NCBI GenBank assembly: GCA_026196105.1
Contig: JAPHRK010000005.1
Location: 7,636-71,635 of the forward strand
Reading direction: 5' to 3'
DNA: 64,000 nucleotides
DNA from: Rhodospirillales bacterium
GTDB lineage: Bacteria; Pseudomonadota; Alphaproteobacteria; Rhodospirillales; JAPHRK01
Of this stretch, positions 51,520 through 60,772 are shown one piece after another. How positions within the stretch are numbered: the first letter of the stretch is position 1; each line of letters begins with the position of its first letter. The notes beneath the pieces are model-generated. The model was not told the origin of the DNA. It searched no databases and saw nothing but the letters and a program-made list of their open reading frames with translations. The translations under genes and the position numbers were made by a program.

Positions 51520-52359
51520 TTATTTGACGATTTTTTTCAGGGGTAAGATGTCGGCAAATTCTGGATCAGTTTTCATGGCATTGGCCTTTGCAGCTTCCAT
51601 AATATCTGTCGACATCAACATGCCTGCGTTCCACAAAGCTATTTGATTGAGGGATTCATCAACAGAATGATCACGGCTGTAGTTGATAACCTCTTTACTG
51701 CCGACCACCGATAGAGGCGATTTTGAGGCGATAACTTTGGCGGTTTCCATTACTGCTTCCAGCATCTCTTCCTGAGTTTTAAAGACTTCCGTCATCAAAC
51801 CACATTCCTTGGATTCATCGGCATACATGCGCCGCCCGGTGTAGGCGAGCTCTTTTACTTTACCTAAAGAGATCAGCTTTGGCAGGCGTTGCAGCGTTCC
51901 CACATCGGCGACCATGCCGATGTTGATCTCTTGAATAACCACAAAAGCATTTGCGGTGCAGTAACGGATGTCACATGCCGTGGCTAAATCAACTCCCCCA
52001 CCGATACAGCCCCCCTGGATTGCGGCAAGGACAGGCAGACGGCATTTTTCAATGACAGTGAAAGTCTGCTGCATCTCTTTGACCGTACGGAAAAGTTGTT
52101 CACGCTTACGCCCTGGATCGCCATCGGTCATATCTGACATAATGCCGGAGAAGGCATTAAGGTCGAGACCAGAGGTGAAGTGTTTACCTTCAGAGGAAAT
52201 CACCACCACACGGGCATCCGGTCTATCCGCAATTTCGGCAAAGACATCAACCATTTCCTGCCAGAATTCCAAAATCATTGAATTGAATTCTTTAGGCCGG
52301 CAGAGGCTGATATGGGCAATGTGGTCGGTAACGTCGAGGGTGAGGGTTTGATAAGCCAT
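51520..52359 (-). CDS. Crotonase-family protein (dienoyl-CoA isomerase-like)
   Basis: HFTSGLDL, GGCIGGGVDL, EINIGMVADVGTLQRLP; start ATG 52359 after GGAG. Confidence 0.9.
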   Translation of the reverse strand: MAYQTLTLDVTDHIAHISLCRPKEFNSMILEFWQEMVDVFAEIADRPDARVVVISSEGKHFTSGLDLNAFSGIMSDMTDGDPGRKREQLFRTVKEMQQTFTVIEKCRLPVLAAIQGGCIGGGVDLATACDIRYCTANAFVVIQEINIGMVADVGTLQRLPKLISLGKVKELAYTGRRMYADESKECGLMTEVFKTQEEMLEAVMETAKVIASKSPLSVVGSKEVINYSRDHSVDESLNQIALWNAGMLMSTDIMEAAKANAMKTDPEFADILPLKKIVK

Positions 52360-52389
52360 TTTCTTCTCCAATTTAAATTTGGAGAAAAG

Positions 52390-53241
52390 CTAGGCGATAT
52401 CGAGGCCCACGTCTAGTGTTGGTGCACTGTGAGTTAGCCAGCCAACGGAAATAACATCAACGCCAGACTCAGCAATGGCTTTTGCTGTCTTGACTGTTAC
52501 CCGACCAGAAGCTTCAGCAATCGCTTGGCCGTTGATCATTGCAACAGCTTTTTTGAGGGTGGCTGGGGTCATGTTATCAAGCAAGACCACATCAACTCCT
52601 TCGCTCAAGGCTTCTTTAAGTTGGCTTAAGGTATCAACTTCCACTTCAACTTTGACCATATGACCTAAACCGTTTTTGGCGGCTCTAATGGCTTCTTTAA
52701 CGCCTCCAGCAACAGCAATGTGGTTGTCTTTGATGAGAATTCCATCATCCAGGCCAAAACGGTGGTTTGCTCCACCACCAGCCCGGACGGCATATTTTTC
52801 AATAGCCCGAAGGCCCGGTGTGGTTTTGCGGGTGCAAGTGATTTGGGCCTTGGTTCCCGCGACGGCATCAACGATTTCTTTGGTGGCGGTGGCAATGCCT
52901 GAAAGATGCCCCACGTAGTTGAGCGCTACACGTTCAGCTGTTAGTACAGCCCGCGCTTTGCCTTTGATAGACAAGAGCACATCGCCTGGTTTCACGTTGT
53001 TTCCATCGCGACTAATTTTGGTGATTTTAGCTTTTGGGTCGAGTTGCTTAAAAGCGGTCACGGCAAAATCTAACCCTGCCACGCACCCATCTTGGCGGGC
53101 AACGATGTTGGCTTTCATCATGGCACTTTTGGGGATGACGCTATCGGTGGTGATATCTCCTGCTCGTCCCAGGTCTTCAAACAAGGCTTCTTTCACCGCT
53201 TGTAAGACACTCATAGGGAGGAGTTTGACCAGTTTTCTCAT
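52390..53241 (-). CDS. nadC: Nicotinate-nucleotide pyrophosphorylase
   Basis: EDLGRAGDITT, TRKTTPGLR, NHRFGL, IKDNH, EVEVD, LLDNM. Confidence 0.97.
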   Translation of the reverse strand: MRKLVKLLPMSVLQAVKEALFEDLGRAGDITTDSVIPKSAMMKANIVARQDGCVAGLDFAVTAFKQLDPKAKITKISRDGNNVKPGDVLLSIKGKARAVLTAERVALNYVGHLSGIATATKEIVDAVAGTKAQITCTRKTTPGLRAIEKYAVRAGGGANHRFGLDDGILIKDNHIAVAGGVKEAIRAAKNGLGHMVKVEVEVDTLSQLKEALSEGVDVVLLDNMTPATLKKAVAMINGQAIAEASGRVTVKTAKAIAESGVDVISVGWLTHSAPTLDVGLDIA

Positions 53242-54809
53242 GCCTGTTTCTTTCTGTAGGGACTAGGGCCCAAATCGATATTTGCAATTTTAGCGTTAGC
53301 TTGCTCAAGGGTGAGGAAACTGCGTTTGGCAAAGCTCTCTTTGCTCTCAGGAAAATCGCTGCGGAAGTGACCGCCCCGGCTTTCCTGACGAAGAAGGGCT
53401 GAAATGCCAATCATCTTCAGAACCGTTGCTTGATTACTGAGACCACCCAATGCGGGGAGATTTTCTTCTATTTGCAAGATTTCCTGCAGAGCCTCGGTCA
53501 TGGTTTTTTCCTCACGGATCAACCCAAAAGCATCATAGGCTATCTGCCGCATCCTTATACCCAAACGGTCACTTCGTGATTTATGCGCTTTAGCAGAGCA
53601 AACCTCCCGGAAAGGAGTTTTTTCAGCTGAGGCGTCAAGGAGGGCTTCTGCTGTGCGAGGGGCAAAGACGATGGCTTCAAGTAAGGAGTTGCTGGCAAGG
53701 CGATTGGCCCCGTGAATTCCTGTTGAGGCCACTTCTCCACAAGCCCAAAGACCAGGGAGGCTGGTGCGACCGTCTTCGTCCACATCAATACCACCCATAT
53801 GATAGTGGGCTGCAGGAACGACCGGTATGGGTTCTTTCGCCGGGTCAATGCCAACGCTTTGGCAATAGGCGTAAACCGTTGGGAATCGTTTGACAAAACT
53901 GCTGCCGATGGCTTTACGGCAATCAAGATAGGTCCGTTGCCCCATTTGCCTTTGCCGCCACATGGCACGGGCAACTACATCGCGAGGGGCCAGTTCCGTA
54001 TCTGCATGAGCCGCCGCCATAAAGCGAACGCCGTTACTATTGATCAGGGTCGCCCCCTCACCGCGCAAGGCTTCGGTTGCTAAGGGCAAGGGATCGCCGC
54101 CGATGTCCATGGCCGTGGGGTGAAACTGAACAAACTCCATATCGGCAAGTCGAGCCCCAGCCCGTGCTGCCATGGCCAGACCATCTCCACGGGCTTCTTG
54201 AGGATTGGTGGTATATTGATAGAGAGCGCCAAGGCCTCCCGTTGCCAAAACAACTTGAGAAGCATGTACTGCTGAGACGCCCTCTCCTTTTTGCAAGAGA
54301 GCTCCATAGACACGACCTTCATCAACGAGCAGGTCCAGGGCTTCCGCCCCTTCGATAATTTCAATAGCTTCGGTTGCTTGAACAGCAACTTTCAAGGCCC
54401 GCATGATTTCAGCCCCGGTGGCATCTCCTCCAGCATGGAGAATGCGACGGCGGCTGTGGGCGGCTTCTTGTCCGACAATAAGGTTTCCCTTGTCGTCCGT
54501 ATCAAAGCAAACGCCAATTTTTTGCAGGGTTTTAATCGCGGCGGGGGCCTCTGCGGTGAGCAGGTTGATGGCTTTGCTTACCCCTAATCCGCCCGCTGTC
54601 CCTAAGGTGTCGGCAGCATGAAGAGCCGGGGCATCGTCGGCGCCAACAGCGGCAGCCACACCGCCCTGGGCTAGGGCGCTTGCCGCTCCTTCACCCAAAG
54701 GCGCTTTCACGGCCAAGATGATCTTAGGCGTGGGTTTAGCGGCTGCTAGCTTTAGAGCCGTAATCAACCCGGCAGCACCGGCACCAATGATGAGAATTGG
54801 TCTATTCAT
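53238..54809 (-). CDS. nadB: L-aspartate oxidase
   Basis: GAGAAG, AQGGVAA, EAAHSRRRILH, QFHPT, TEALRGEG, HGANRLASNSLLE. Confidence 0.96.
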   Translation of the reverse strand: MNRPILIIGAGAAGLITALKLAAAKPTPKIILAVKAPLGEGAASALAQGGVAAAVGADDAPALHAADTLGTAGGLGVSKAINLLTAEAPAAIKTLQKIGVCFDTDDKGNLIVGQEAAHSRRRILHAGGDATGAEIMRALKVAVQATEAIEIIEGAEALDLLVDEGRVYGALLQKGEGVSAVHASQVVLATGGLGALYQYTTNPQEARGDGLAMAARAGARLADMEFVQFHPTAMDIGGDPLPLATEALRGEGATLINSNGVRFMAAAHADTELAPRDVVARAMWRQRQMGQRTYLDCRKAIGSSFVKRFPTVYAYCQSVGIDPAKEPIPVVPAAHYHMGGIDVDEDGRTSLPGLWACGEVASTGIHGANRLASNSLLEAIVFAPRTAEALLDASAEKTPFREVCSAKAHKSRSDRLGIRMRQIAYDAFGLIREEKTMTEALQEILQIEENLPALGGLSNQATVLKMIGISALLRQESRGGHFRSDFPESKESFAKRSFLTLEQANAKIANIDLGPSPYRKKQA

Positions 54810-54824
54810 GAGAGCGAAGCTCCG

Positions 54825-55850
54825 TTAACCCCGACCAACCGCAAGCATGTTGTCGAGGGCCTTTTTAGCCTCAACTGCAACGGCCTCATCAACGGTCACT
54901 TCCACTGTCATGTTGGTGAGCGAGTCGATAATTTTAGGCATGGTGATAAGCTGCATGTGGGGGCAAAGGCTGCAAGAGCGAATGAATTTGGTTTCAGGAT
55001 TTCCAGCCACCAGGTTATCACTCATGGAACATTCCGTAATCAGGGCCACTTGCTCTGGTTTGTTCTCGGTAACAAAATTTGCCATACCAGAAGTAGAGCC
55101 AGAGAAATCAGCTTTTTGCAGAACTTCCGGAGGGCATTCTGGGTGAGCTAAAACCGTCACTGCCGGATAAGAACGCCGAAGGTCATCAACCTGTTTGGCG
55201 GAGAACTTCTCGTGTACTTCACAGCGACCGGGGAAAGTAATGATTTCTACTTCGGTTTCAGCCGCAACGTTTTGAGCCAGGAACTCATCAGGAAACAGCA
55301 TAACCCGGTCAGCCCCGAGGGACTCAACGACCTGTTTGGCATTTGCTGAGGTGCAAGTGACATCAGATACTGCTTTAACATCTGCCGATGTGTTGACGTA
55401 AGTCACCACAGGCACGCCAGGATAAAGAGCCCGCATCTTGATGATATCTTCAGCCGTGATGGATTCAGCTAAAGAACAACCTGCTTGCGGGTCAGGGATC
55501 AAAACCGTTTTTGACGGGTTCAAGATTTTGGTGGTTTCCGCCATGAAGTGAACGCCCGCCAGCACGATGACGTCAGCATCTACTTCTGTTGCCCTTTGAG
55601 CCAGTGCGAGCGAGTCGCCAACAATGTCAGACACACAGTGGAAGATATCCCGGGTCTGATAGTTGTGGGCGAGGATAATCGCGTTGCGCTCTTTTTTAAG
55701 CCGCTCGATCTCGTCCACATATGGGGCTAAATGAACCCACTCTTCGTCGCTAAACACATTTTTCACCCGGTCATAGATCGGGGCGGTGCGCTCGGCAATC
55801 TCGGACGTATAGTCCGGATTTGCTTGAACGGCTTGAGGCATGGCAATCAT
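54825..55850 (-). CDS. nadA: Quinolinate synthase
   Basis: LAHNYQ, GDSLAL, HFMAET, GCSLA, YVNTSA, HPEC, CPHM. Confidence 0.97.
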   Translation of the reverse strand: MIAMPQAVQANPDYTSEIAERTAPIYDRVKNVFSDEEWVHLAPYVDEIERLKKERNAIILAHNYQTRDIFHCVSDIVGDSLALAQRATEVDADVIVLAGVHFMAETTKILNPSKTVLIPDPQAGCSLAESITAEDIIKMRALYPGVPVVTYVNTSADVKAVSDVTCTSANAKQVVESLGADRVMLFPDEFLAQNVAAETEVEIITFPGRCEVHEKFSAKQVDDLRRSYPAVTVLAHPECPPEVLQKADFSGSTSGMANFVTENKPEQVALITECSMSDNLVAGNPETKFIRSCSLCPHMQLITMPKIIDSLTNMTVEVTVDEAVAVEAKKALDNMLAVGRG

Positions 55851-55860
55851 TTAAATTCCC

Positions 55861-55881
55861 TTATGCTCAAAACGAGCATAT
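55861..55881. promoter_or_regulatory. NadQ operator upstream of nadABC
   Basis: TTATGCTC-AAAAC-GAGCATAT fits the NadQ palindrome (ttATRCTC-N5-GAGYATaa); lies beside the nadA RBS; nadQ is nearby. Confidence 0.85.
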
Positions 55882-56104
55882 ATTATCCCAAAAATTTAGG
55901 CACAAAGCGCCTACGCAAGTAAGATAGGTAGGCACTCGATGAGAGTCAAGAAATTCAAGGTTTTTCTAATATTCCGTCCTCTGTTGTTGAATTTGCATTT
56001 ATGAATAGCGATTTTCCAAAACTGGGTTTTGAAAGGTTGGTATATTTCCTCCACAAGCTATAGTGATTTAGTACTATGTAACCTTGGTTGTCTGAGAAGG
56101 TGAG

Positions 56105-57217
56105 ATGAGTTTTCCATTTGAAAATGCTTCAAACGAAGAGAAGGTAGCTAAGATTAAGGCTATTGGTTCGACTCATCCTAACAATCTGATGGCCCGGCAT
56201 TTTAGGGCTGATTATTTTGGCTTTCGTGATGAATCCCAACAGAATAGATTGTGGCAAATTATCCGAACAGGGGTAGAGAACCCGGATAGTCAGATGGGGG
56301 CTTATGCTCAGAATAGCTGTGACTATGCAGAGTTTGAGCCATTATTTGAGCCGATGATCCGTGATTATCATAAAATTCCTCTAGAGCAAGAGATAAGGCA
56401 GAAGCACGACTGGGCGGCACCTTTATCAAGCTTCAATCTTGTAGATATTGATCCCGACTTAAAAAGGGTTTCCATGCGGGTGCGGGTGGGGCGAAATCTT
56501 GCGGATTTTCCATTGCCCGGTGCTATGACAAAAGCCCAAAGGCTGGAGTTTGAGACCTTGATGATTAAGGCTTTTTCTACCCTGCAAGATGATCTCCAAT
56601 TTGGCGGGGAGTACCTTTCTTTGACGCCGGGTTTGCCCCAAACCATTGATGATGAGACCTATGAAAACCGGGTGGCGGCTCACCAGATGTTTAAGAACAT
56701 GGAAGGTGATCCCTATCTTGCCTCGGGAGGAATCTCTTCAAATTGGCCATTTGGTCGGGGAATGTATATTTCAAACTCAGGTGATTTTATTGTTTGGGTT
56801 GGGGAAGAGGATCATTTGCGGATCATGTCCATGCGCCAAGGTGGAGACCTGAGTGGTCTTTTTGGCCGGTTACTAACAGGGCTTGAGAAGCTGGGTGGCT
56901 TAATACCTCCCTTCGCTCATTCTGAGCGTTATGGCTATATCACCTCCTGCCCAACCAATCTGGGGACGGCTATGCGGGCCAGTTTGCATCTATTTTTGCC
57001 TAAATTAACAGAAGGTGGGCATAACCTTGAACCTGCTAAAAAAGCCGCCGCGAAATTTGATCTTTCTGTACGGGGGGCCGGAGGGGAACATTCTGATGCA
57101 GGTCTGGGTGGCCTCATTGATATTTCACCGAGCGCTCGTTTAGGTGTTACTGAAACAGAGATTATGCGAAAGCTCTATGAGGGGACTTCGGCTCTCTGGT
57201 CCCTGGAAAATAGTTAA
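56105..57217 (+). CDS. ATP:guanidino phosphotransferase (phosphagen kinase, arginine kinase-like)
   Basis: N-domain TGVENPDSQMGAYA; SMRVRVGRNL, WPFGRG, WVGEEDHLRIMSM, SCPTNLGT, RGAGGEHS, DISPSARLG. Confidence 0.92.
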   Translation: MSFPFENASNEEKVAKIKAIGSTHPNNLMARHFRADYFGFRDESQQNRLWQIIRTGVENPDSQMGAYAQNSCDYAEFEPLFEPMIRDYHKIPLEQEIRQKHDWAAPLSSFNLVDIDPDLKRVSMRVRVGRNLADFPLPGAMTKAQRLEFETLMIKAFSTLQDDLQFGGEYLSLTPGLPQTIDDETYENRVAAHQMFKNMEGDPYLASGGISSNWPFGRGMYISNSGDFIVWVGEEDHLRIMSMRQGGDLSGLFGRLLTGLEKLGGLIPPFAHSERYGYITSCPTNLGTAMRASLHLFLPKLTEGGHNLEPAKKAAAKFDLSVRGAGGEHSDAGLGGLIDISPSARLGVTETEIMRKLYEGTSALWSLENS

Positions 57218-58386
57218 ACGACTTGTCCGCAAGCATGACCCGAGGACCAAGCCCATTGGAAATTGAAGCCACCGAGATGTCCTGTGACATCTACGGCTTC
57301 ACCGATGAAATAAAGGCCGGGGACGGACTGGACCTCCATGGTTTTTGATGACAATTCCTTTGTATCCACTCCACCAACGGTGACTTCGGCGGTGCGGTTG
57401 CCCTCTGAGCCGTTGGGGGTGATTTGCCAGGCGTTGATGTGCTCAGCGAGGCGGCGCAAGGTCTTATCGGGGGTGTCTGCTAAGCGCCCCGCACACCCTA
57501 TCCATTCGGTCATCTTTTGCGCAAGGCGTTTGGGGAGAATCTGGGATAAGGCGGTGTGAATTTCTTTCTTGGGTTGGTTGTTCTTAGCCTCTTTGAGATA
57601 GTTAAACACATCCGTGTTGGGAAGTAGGTTTAAGGTGATTGTATCTCCTTGATGCCAATAAGAGGAAATTTGCAAAATCACTGGACCGCTTAAGCCTCGA
57701 TGGGTGAACAACAGGGCTTCGGTGAAGGCTATTTTACCAAGTTTGGCAGTTGCTTCCAAGGAAACGCCAGATAGTCCATTGAGTTTTTTCAAAATATCAG
57801 GTGTGAAAGTCAGAGGGACAAGACCAGGCCGAGGATCAATGACCCTGAGATCGAATTGTTTAGCGATTTGATAGCCAAAACTGCTGGCCCCCATCTTGGG
57901 AATAGATGGGCCACCTGTGGCGATAACTAAAGATTCTGCGGTGAAGGGACCTTGGTTTGTTTCAAGAATAAAACATTGACCAGTTTTTGAAATATCGGAG
58001 ATATTGCATCCCGTTTTCACCTCAACGCCTCGGGCTTCTTCAAGTAGCATATCAATAACCTGTTGAGCAGAGTCATCACAGAATAATTGCCCGTGCTCGC
58101 GCTCGTGATAGGCAATACCATATTTTTCGACCAAAGCGATAAAGTCATGTTGAGTATAACGCTTAAGCGCTGAAACGCAGAAACGGGGGTTTTCAGAGAG
58201 AAAGTTTGCAGGCGTCGCATGGAGGTTGGTGAAGTTAGAGCGCCCTCCCCCAGAGATACGGATTTTTTGCCCAACCTTGGGGGCTCGATCAAGAAGCAAT
58301 ACTCGACGTCCCCGTTTGTTGGCTTCCCCCGCGCACATAAGGCCAGCGGCCCCGGCGCCAATAATGATGACATCAAATTCTTGCAT
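57214..58386 (-). CDS. NAD(P)/FAD-dependent oxidoreductase (HI0933/YhiN family)
   Basis: GAGAAG, KIRISGGGRSNFTN, ATGGPSIP, FTHRGLSGP, VTVGGV, GGFNFQWAWSSG. Confidence 0.92.
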   Translation of the reverse strand: MQEFDVIIIGAGAAGLMCAGEANKRGRRVLLLDRAPKVGQKIRISGGGRSNFTNLHATPANFLSENPRFCVSALKRYTQHDFIALVEKYGIAYHEREHGQLFCDDSAQQVIDMLLEEARGVEVKTGCNISDISKTGQCFILETNQGPFTAESLVIATGGPSIPKMGASSFGYQIAKQFDLRVIDPRPGLVPLTFTPDILKKLNGLSGVSLEATAKLGKIAFTEALLFTHRGLSGPVILQISSYWHQGDTITLNLLPNTDVFNYLKEAKNNQPKKEIHTALSQILPKRLAQKMTEWIGCAGRLADTPDKTLRRLAEHINAWQITPNGSEGNRTAEVTVGGVDTKELSSKTMEVQSVPGLYFIGEAVDVTGHLGGFNFQWAWSSGHACGQVV

Positions 58387-58398
58387 GGGACTGTTAAA

Positions 58399-59379
58399 TC
58401 ATTTCCGACTGGTGGGGAGCTTCATGCCAAGGGTTTCTCGTTCAGCAAGTAAGTCGCGACGGAAGCGGAAAGTTTTTGCAGGGCGCCCCCCGGTTTTGGT
58501 CTCGATCTGGCCCGTAGGTTCAACCAGGCCGTTGTTATCCAGAAGGCGTCGGAAGTTTTGCTTGTGTAATAGTTTCCCGGACAAAGCCTCCACCAGCTTT
58601 TGCAGTTGTAAAAGGGTGAAGGTTGGGGGCATCAATTCAAAAACCACCGGGCGATATTTGATTTTTGAGCGTAGGCGTCCCATAGCGGTTGCCAAAATCC
58701 GACGGTGATCAAAGGCGAGGGGCTGCCCAGTCTCAAAACCTTTTTTCTGATTTTTCTTTTCGGTTACCAATCCAGCCTCAAAGAGCAGCTCAAAGCGCTC
58801 CAGCACCAACTCATCATTCCAGGTACCTAAATCTTTAGCAAAAACCCGTTCCATGCGGGCGGTTCGATCTTGTTGGGTCGATGGCTTTTTAGCTTTTGCG
58901 ATCCATTCTTTTAGTCGGGGTTCGATGATTTCATCAAGAATAACAGGTTTACCCTGGCGCCAATCTTCCCAAGGGAAATGATTGTACCAGCGATTCCACC
59001 CCGTATTGGCAACACCCGTTTCCCCTGCTTCAGAAACCAAAGCCAGATAACCAATAGAGATTACCCGCGCCCCGCCTTTTTCTTCTCGAGGGTCCCGGCC
59101 TTTGTCACCGAAGGTGTAGAGTTGTTCAACGTAGCCTAAGTTAAGTTCTGTTTGAGCTTCCACCCAAGCCCGCAAACCCATATCTAACGTGCGGTGTTGC
59201 AAGGGGTGGAAAGGGCCAAAGGGGAGGAAGGCTTCTTTGTTTAAGTTGCCAAATTGAGAGGTTTCGCGGATTACTAACACCCGTGGTTCATCATCAGCCA
59301 CAGCGACAATCACCGCATTAAGACCGATCACTAAGCCATGATGAAAATCAGGGTCTAACCCCTCTTGCAAACCAAACAT
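58399..59379 (-). CDS. nadQ: NAD biosynthesis regulator NadQ (Nudix-like fold plus wHTH)
   Basis: GLNAVIVAV, LPFGPF, YVEQLYTFGD, PWEDWR, DHRRILATA..RLR.KIKYRPVVFE, LHKQNFRR; matching operator at 55861. Confidence 0.85.
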   Translation of the reverse strand: MFGLQEGLDPDFHHGLVIGLNAVIVAVADDEPRVLVIRETSQFGNLNKEAFLPFGPFHPLQHRTLDMGLRAWVEAQTELNLGYVEQLYTFGDKGRDPREEKGGARVISIGYLALVSEAGETGVANTGWNRWYNHFPWEDWRQGKPVILDEIIEPRLKEWIAKAKKPSTQQDRTARMERVFAKDLGTWNDELVLERFELLFEAGLVTEKKNQKKGFETGQPLAFDHRRILATAMGRLRSKIKYRPVVFELMPPTFTLLQLQKLVEALSGKLLHKQNFRRLLDNNGLVEPTGQIETKTGGRPAKTFRFRRDLLAERETLGMKLPTSRK

Positions 59380-59528
59380 TAAGTACCCCCGCTAACTAAG
59401 CAGATATAGTATCCTTTTAAGGGAAATATTAACAGATATAGCAGAAGGTATTTGTCCAAACATACCTTTTCAAACAGATTCCTCCTTTGCTAGGGTAGCA
59501 AAGTGCGAAAACTGAGACACCAGGAGAC

Positions 59529-60362
59529 GTGAATATGGCTGCATCTATGAATGAACCGGGGACGGAAAGCGTCGTTGATTTAGCAGAACATTTCATGGCC
59601 TGTAATCAAATGGGACGCTACCTGACAACGCCAGATGAAAGTCGGTTTGTTGTCAGTGATGATTTCCGCACTATTCAGTCAGTCAAACCAACCGCTTCGG
59701 CGATGGCTTCCATTTGCTCCAAAGACCCGTTGGTGGCTCAAGCAGCCCTTTTACCCTTGGGCCTTCGTGCTGCCAAAGGGAATACCCGGATGCAGGCGCG
59801 TTATGAAGAGCTCTTCACCATTATTGAAGAGCAAACCCTTAATCCAGAAATCAAGCATTCTGCCAACGCTATTCTTACCGCTCGGTTTTCCATGGAACGG
59901 GTGCGGGAAATTAGCGGTCAGCTCGCGGATAAGATTACCCCAGCACGTCGCCGATATCGGAGCTTCTTGGAAATGGTAGGTAAGCTCACCAATGGGCAAG
60001 TTACCGCCGATACTTTCCGCGATGAGTTTCTTGATTTCACCTATGGTGTCGCTGGGAAATTAGATTTCGGTATTTACAGCTTCTGTATCGACCGTATTTT
60101 TGGTCATTCGTTGGTTGTGAGTAAAGCCAAAGCCCTGTTGGTTTGGGAAATCTTAAATTTCCCTCCCATGATCCGTCGGGAGTTGTTGAGCAACATCCTT
60201 TCCCTTGAGGGATTAGAGCCAGAGATCTCTCAGTTCATCCAAAAAGAGATGACCGAGAAACTGCCTCCAGAAATGGCAATGGAAATTACCCTTCTGCTAT
60301 CTTTAAAAACATCACAAATCAGCCTCAATCAACTGACCGGAATGGCTGTCGGTACGGCTTAA
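59529..60362 (+). CDS. Hypothetical protein
   Basis: 277-aa ORF with AGGAG RBS; no family recognised. Confidence 0.75.
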   Translation: MNMAASMNEPGTESVVDLAEHFMACNQMGRYLTTPDESRFVVSDDFRTIQSVKPTASAMASICSKDPLVAQAALLPLGLRAAKGNTRMQARYEELFTIIEEQTLNPEIKHSANAILTARFSMERVREISGQLADKITPARRRYRSFLEMVGKLTNGQVTADTFRDEFLDFTYGVAGKLDFGIYSFCIDRIFGHSLVVSKAKALLVWEILNFPPMIRRELLSNILSLEGLEPEISQFIQKEMTEKLPPEMAMEITLLLSLKTSQISLNQLTGMAVGTA

Positions 60363-60772
60363 GAAAGCAATTTTACCAACTCTTCAGGCAAAGCGGTGGA
60401 TTTATGTGTTTCTTGGTCTGTGTAAACCCACACCACTTCTCCCGTCGCGAGAGGGTTGTCTTCCGCCTTGAGGTGTATTTCAAGATAGAAGGTGATGCTT
60501 GAACGACCCAAACGGCTGACATTGACGTAGACTTCAATTTCATCATCAAATTCGATAGGGGCTTTGTATTCCACCACGGTTTTGACGGTGTGGAGGTCAT
60601 TGCCTGAGCTTTCCACATGGGCCATGTAATCAAAGCCTATAAAGCGGAAATATTCGGTGAGAGCGGTGTCGAAATAGGTCAGGTAGTGAGCATTAAAGAC
60701 CACCTTTTGTCCATCGACTTCCGAATAGCGTACACGAAAAGGAAAGTTAAATTTAAAATCTGCTTTAGCCAT
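60359..60772 (-). CDS. Acyl-CoA thioesterase (YbgC/4HBT hot-dog fold)
   Basis: RVRYSEVDGQKVVFNAHYLTYFD, LGRSS. Confidence 0.9.
   Translation of the reverse strand: MAKADFKFNFPFRVRYSEVDGQKVVFNAHYLTYFDTALTEYFRFIGFDYMAHVESSGNDLHTVKTVVEYKAPIEFDDEIEVYVNVSRLGRSSITFYLEIHLKAEDNPLATGEVVWVYTDQETHKSTALPEELVKLLS

Noticed and set aside
56105-57217. McsB protein-arginine kinase
   Set aside because: Has the phosphagen-kinase N-terminal domain and no ctsR/mcsA/clpC context
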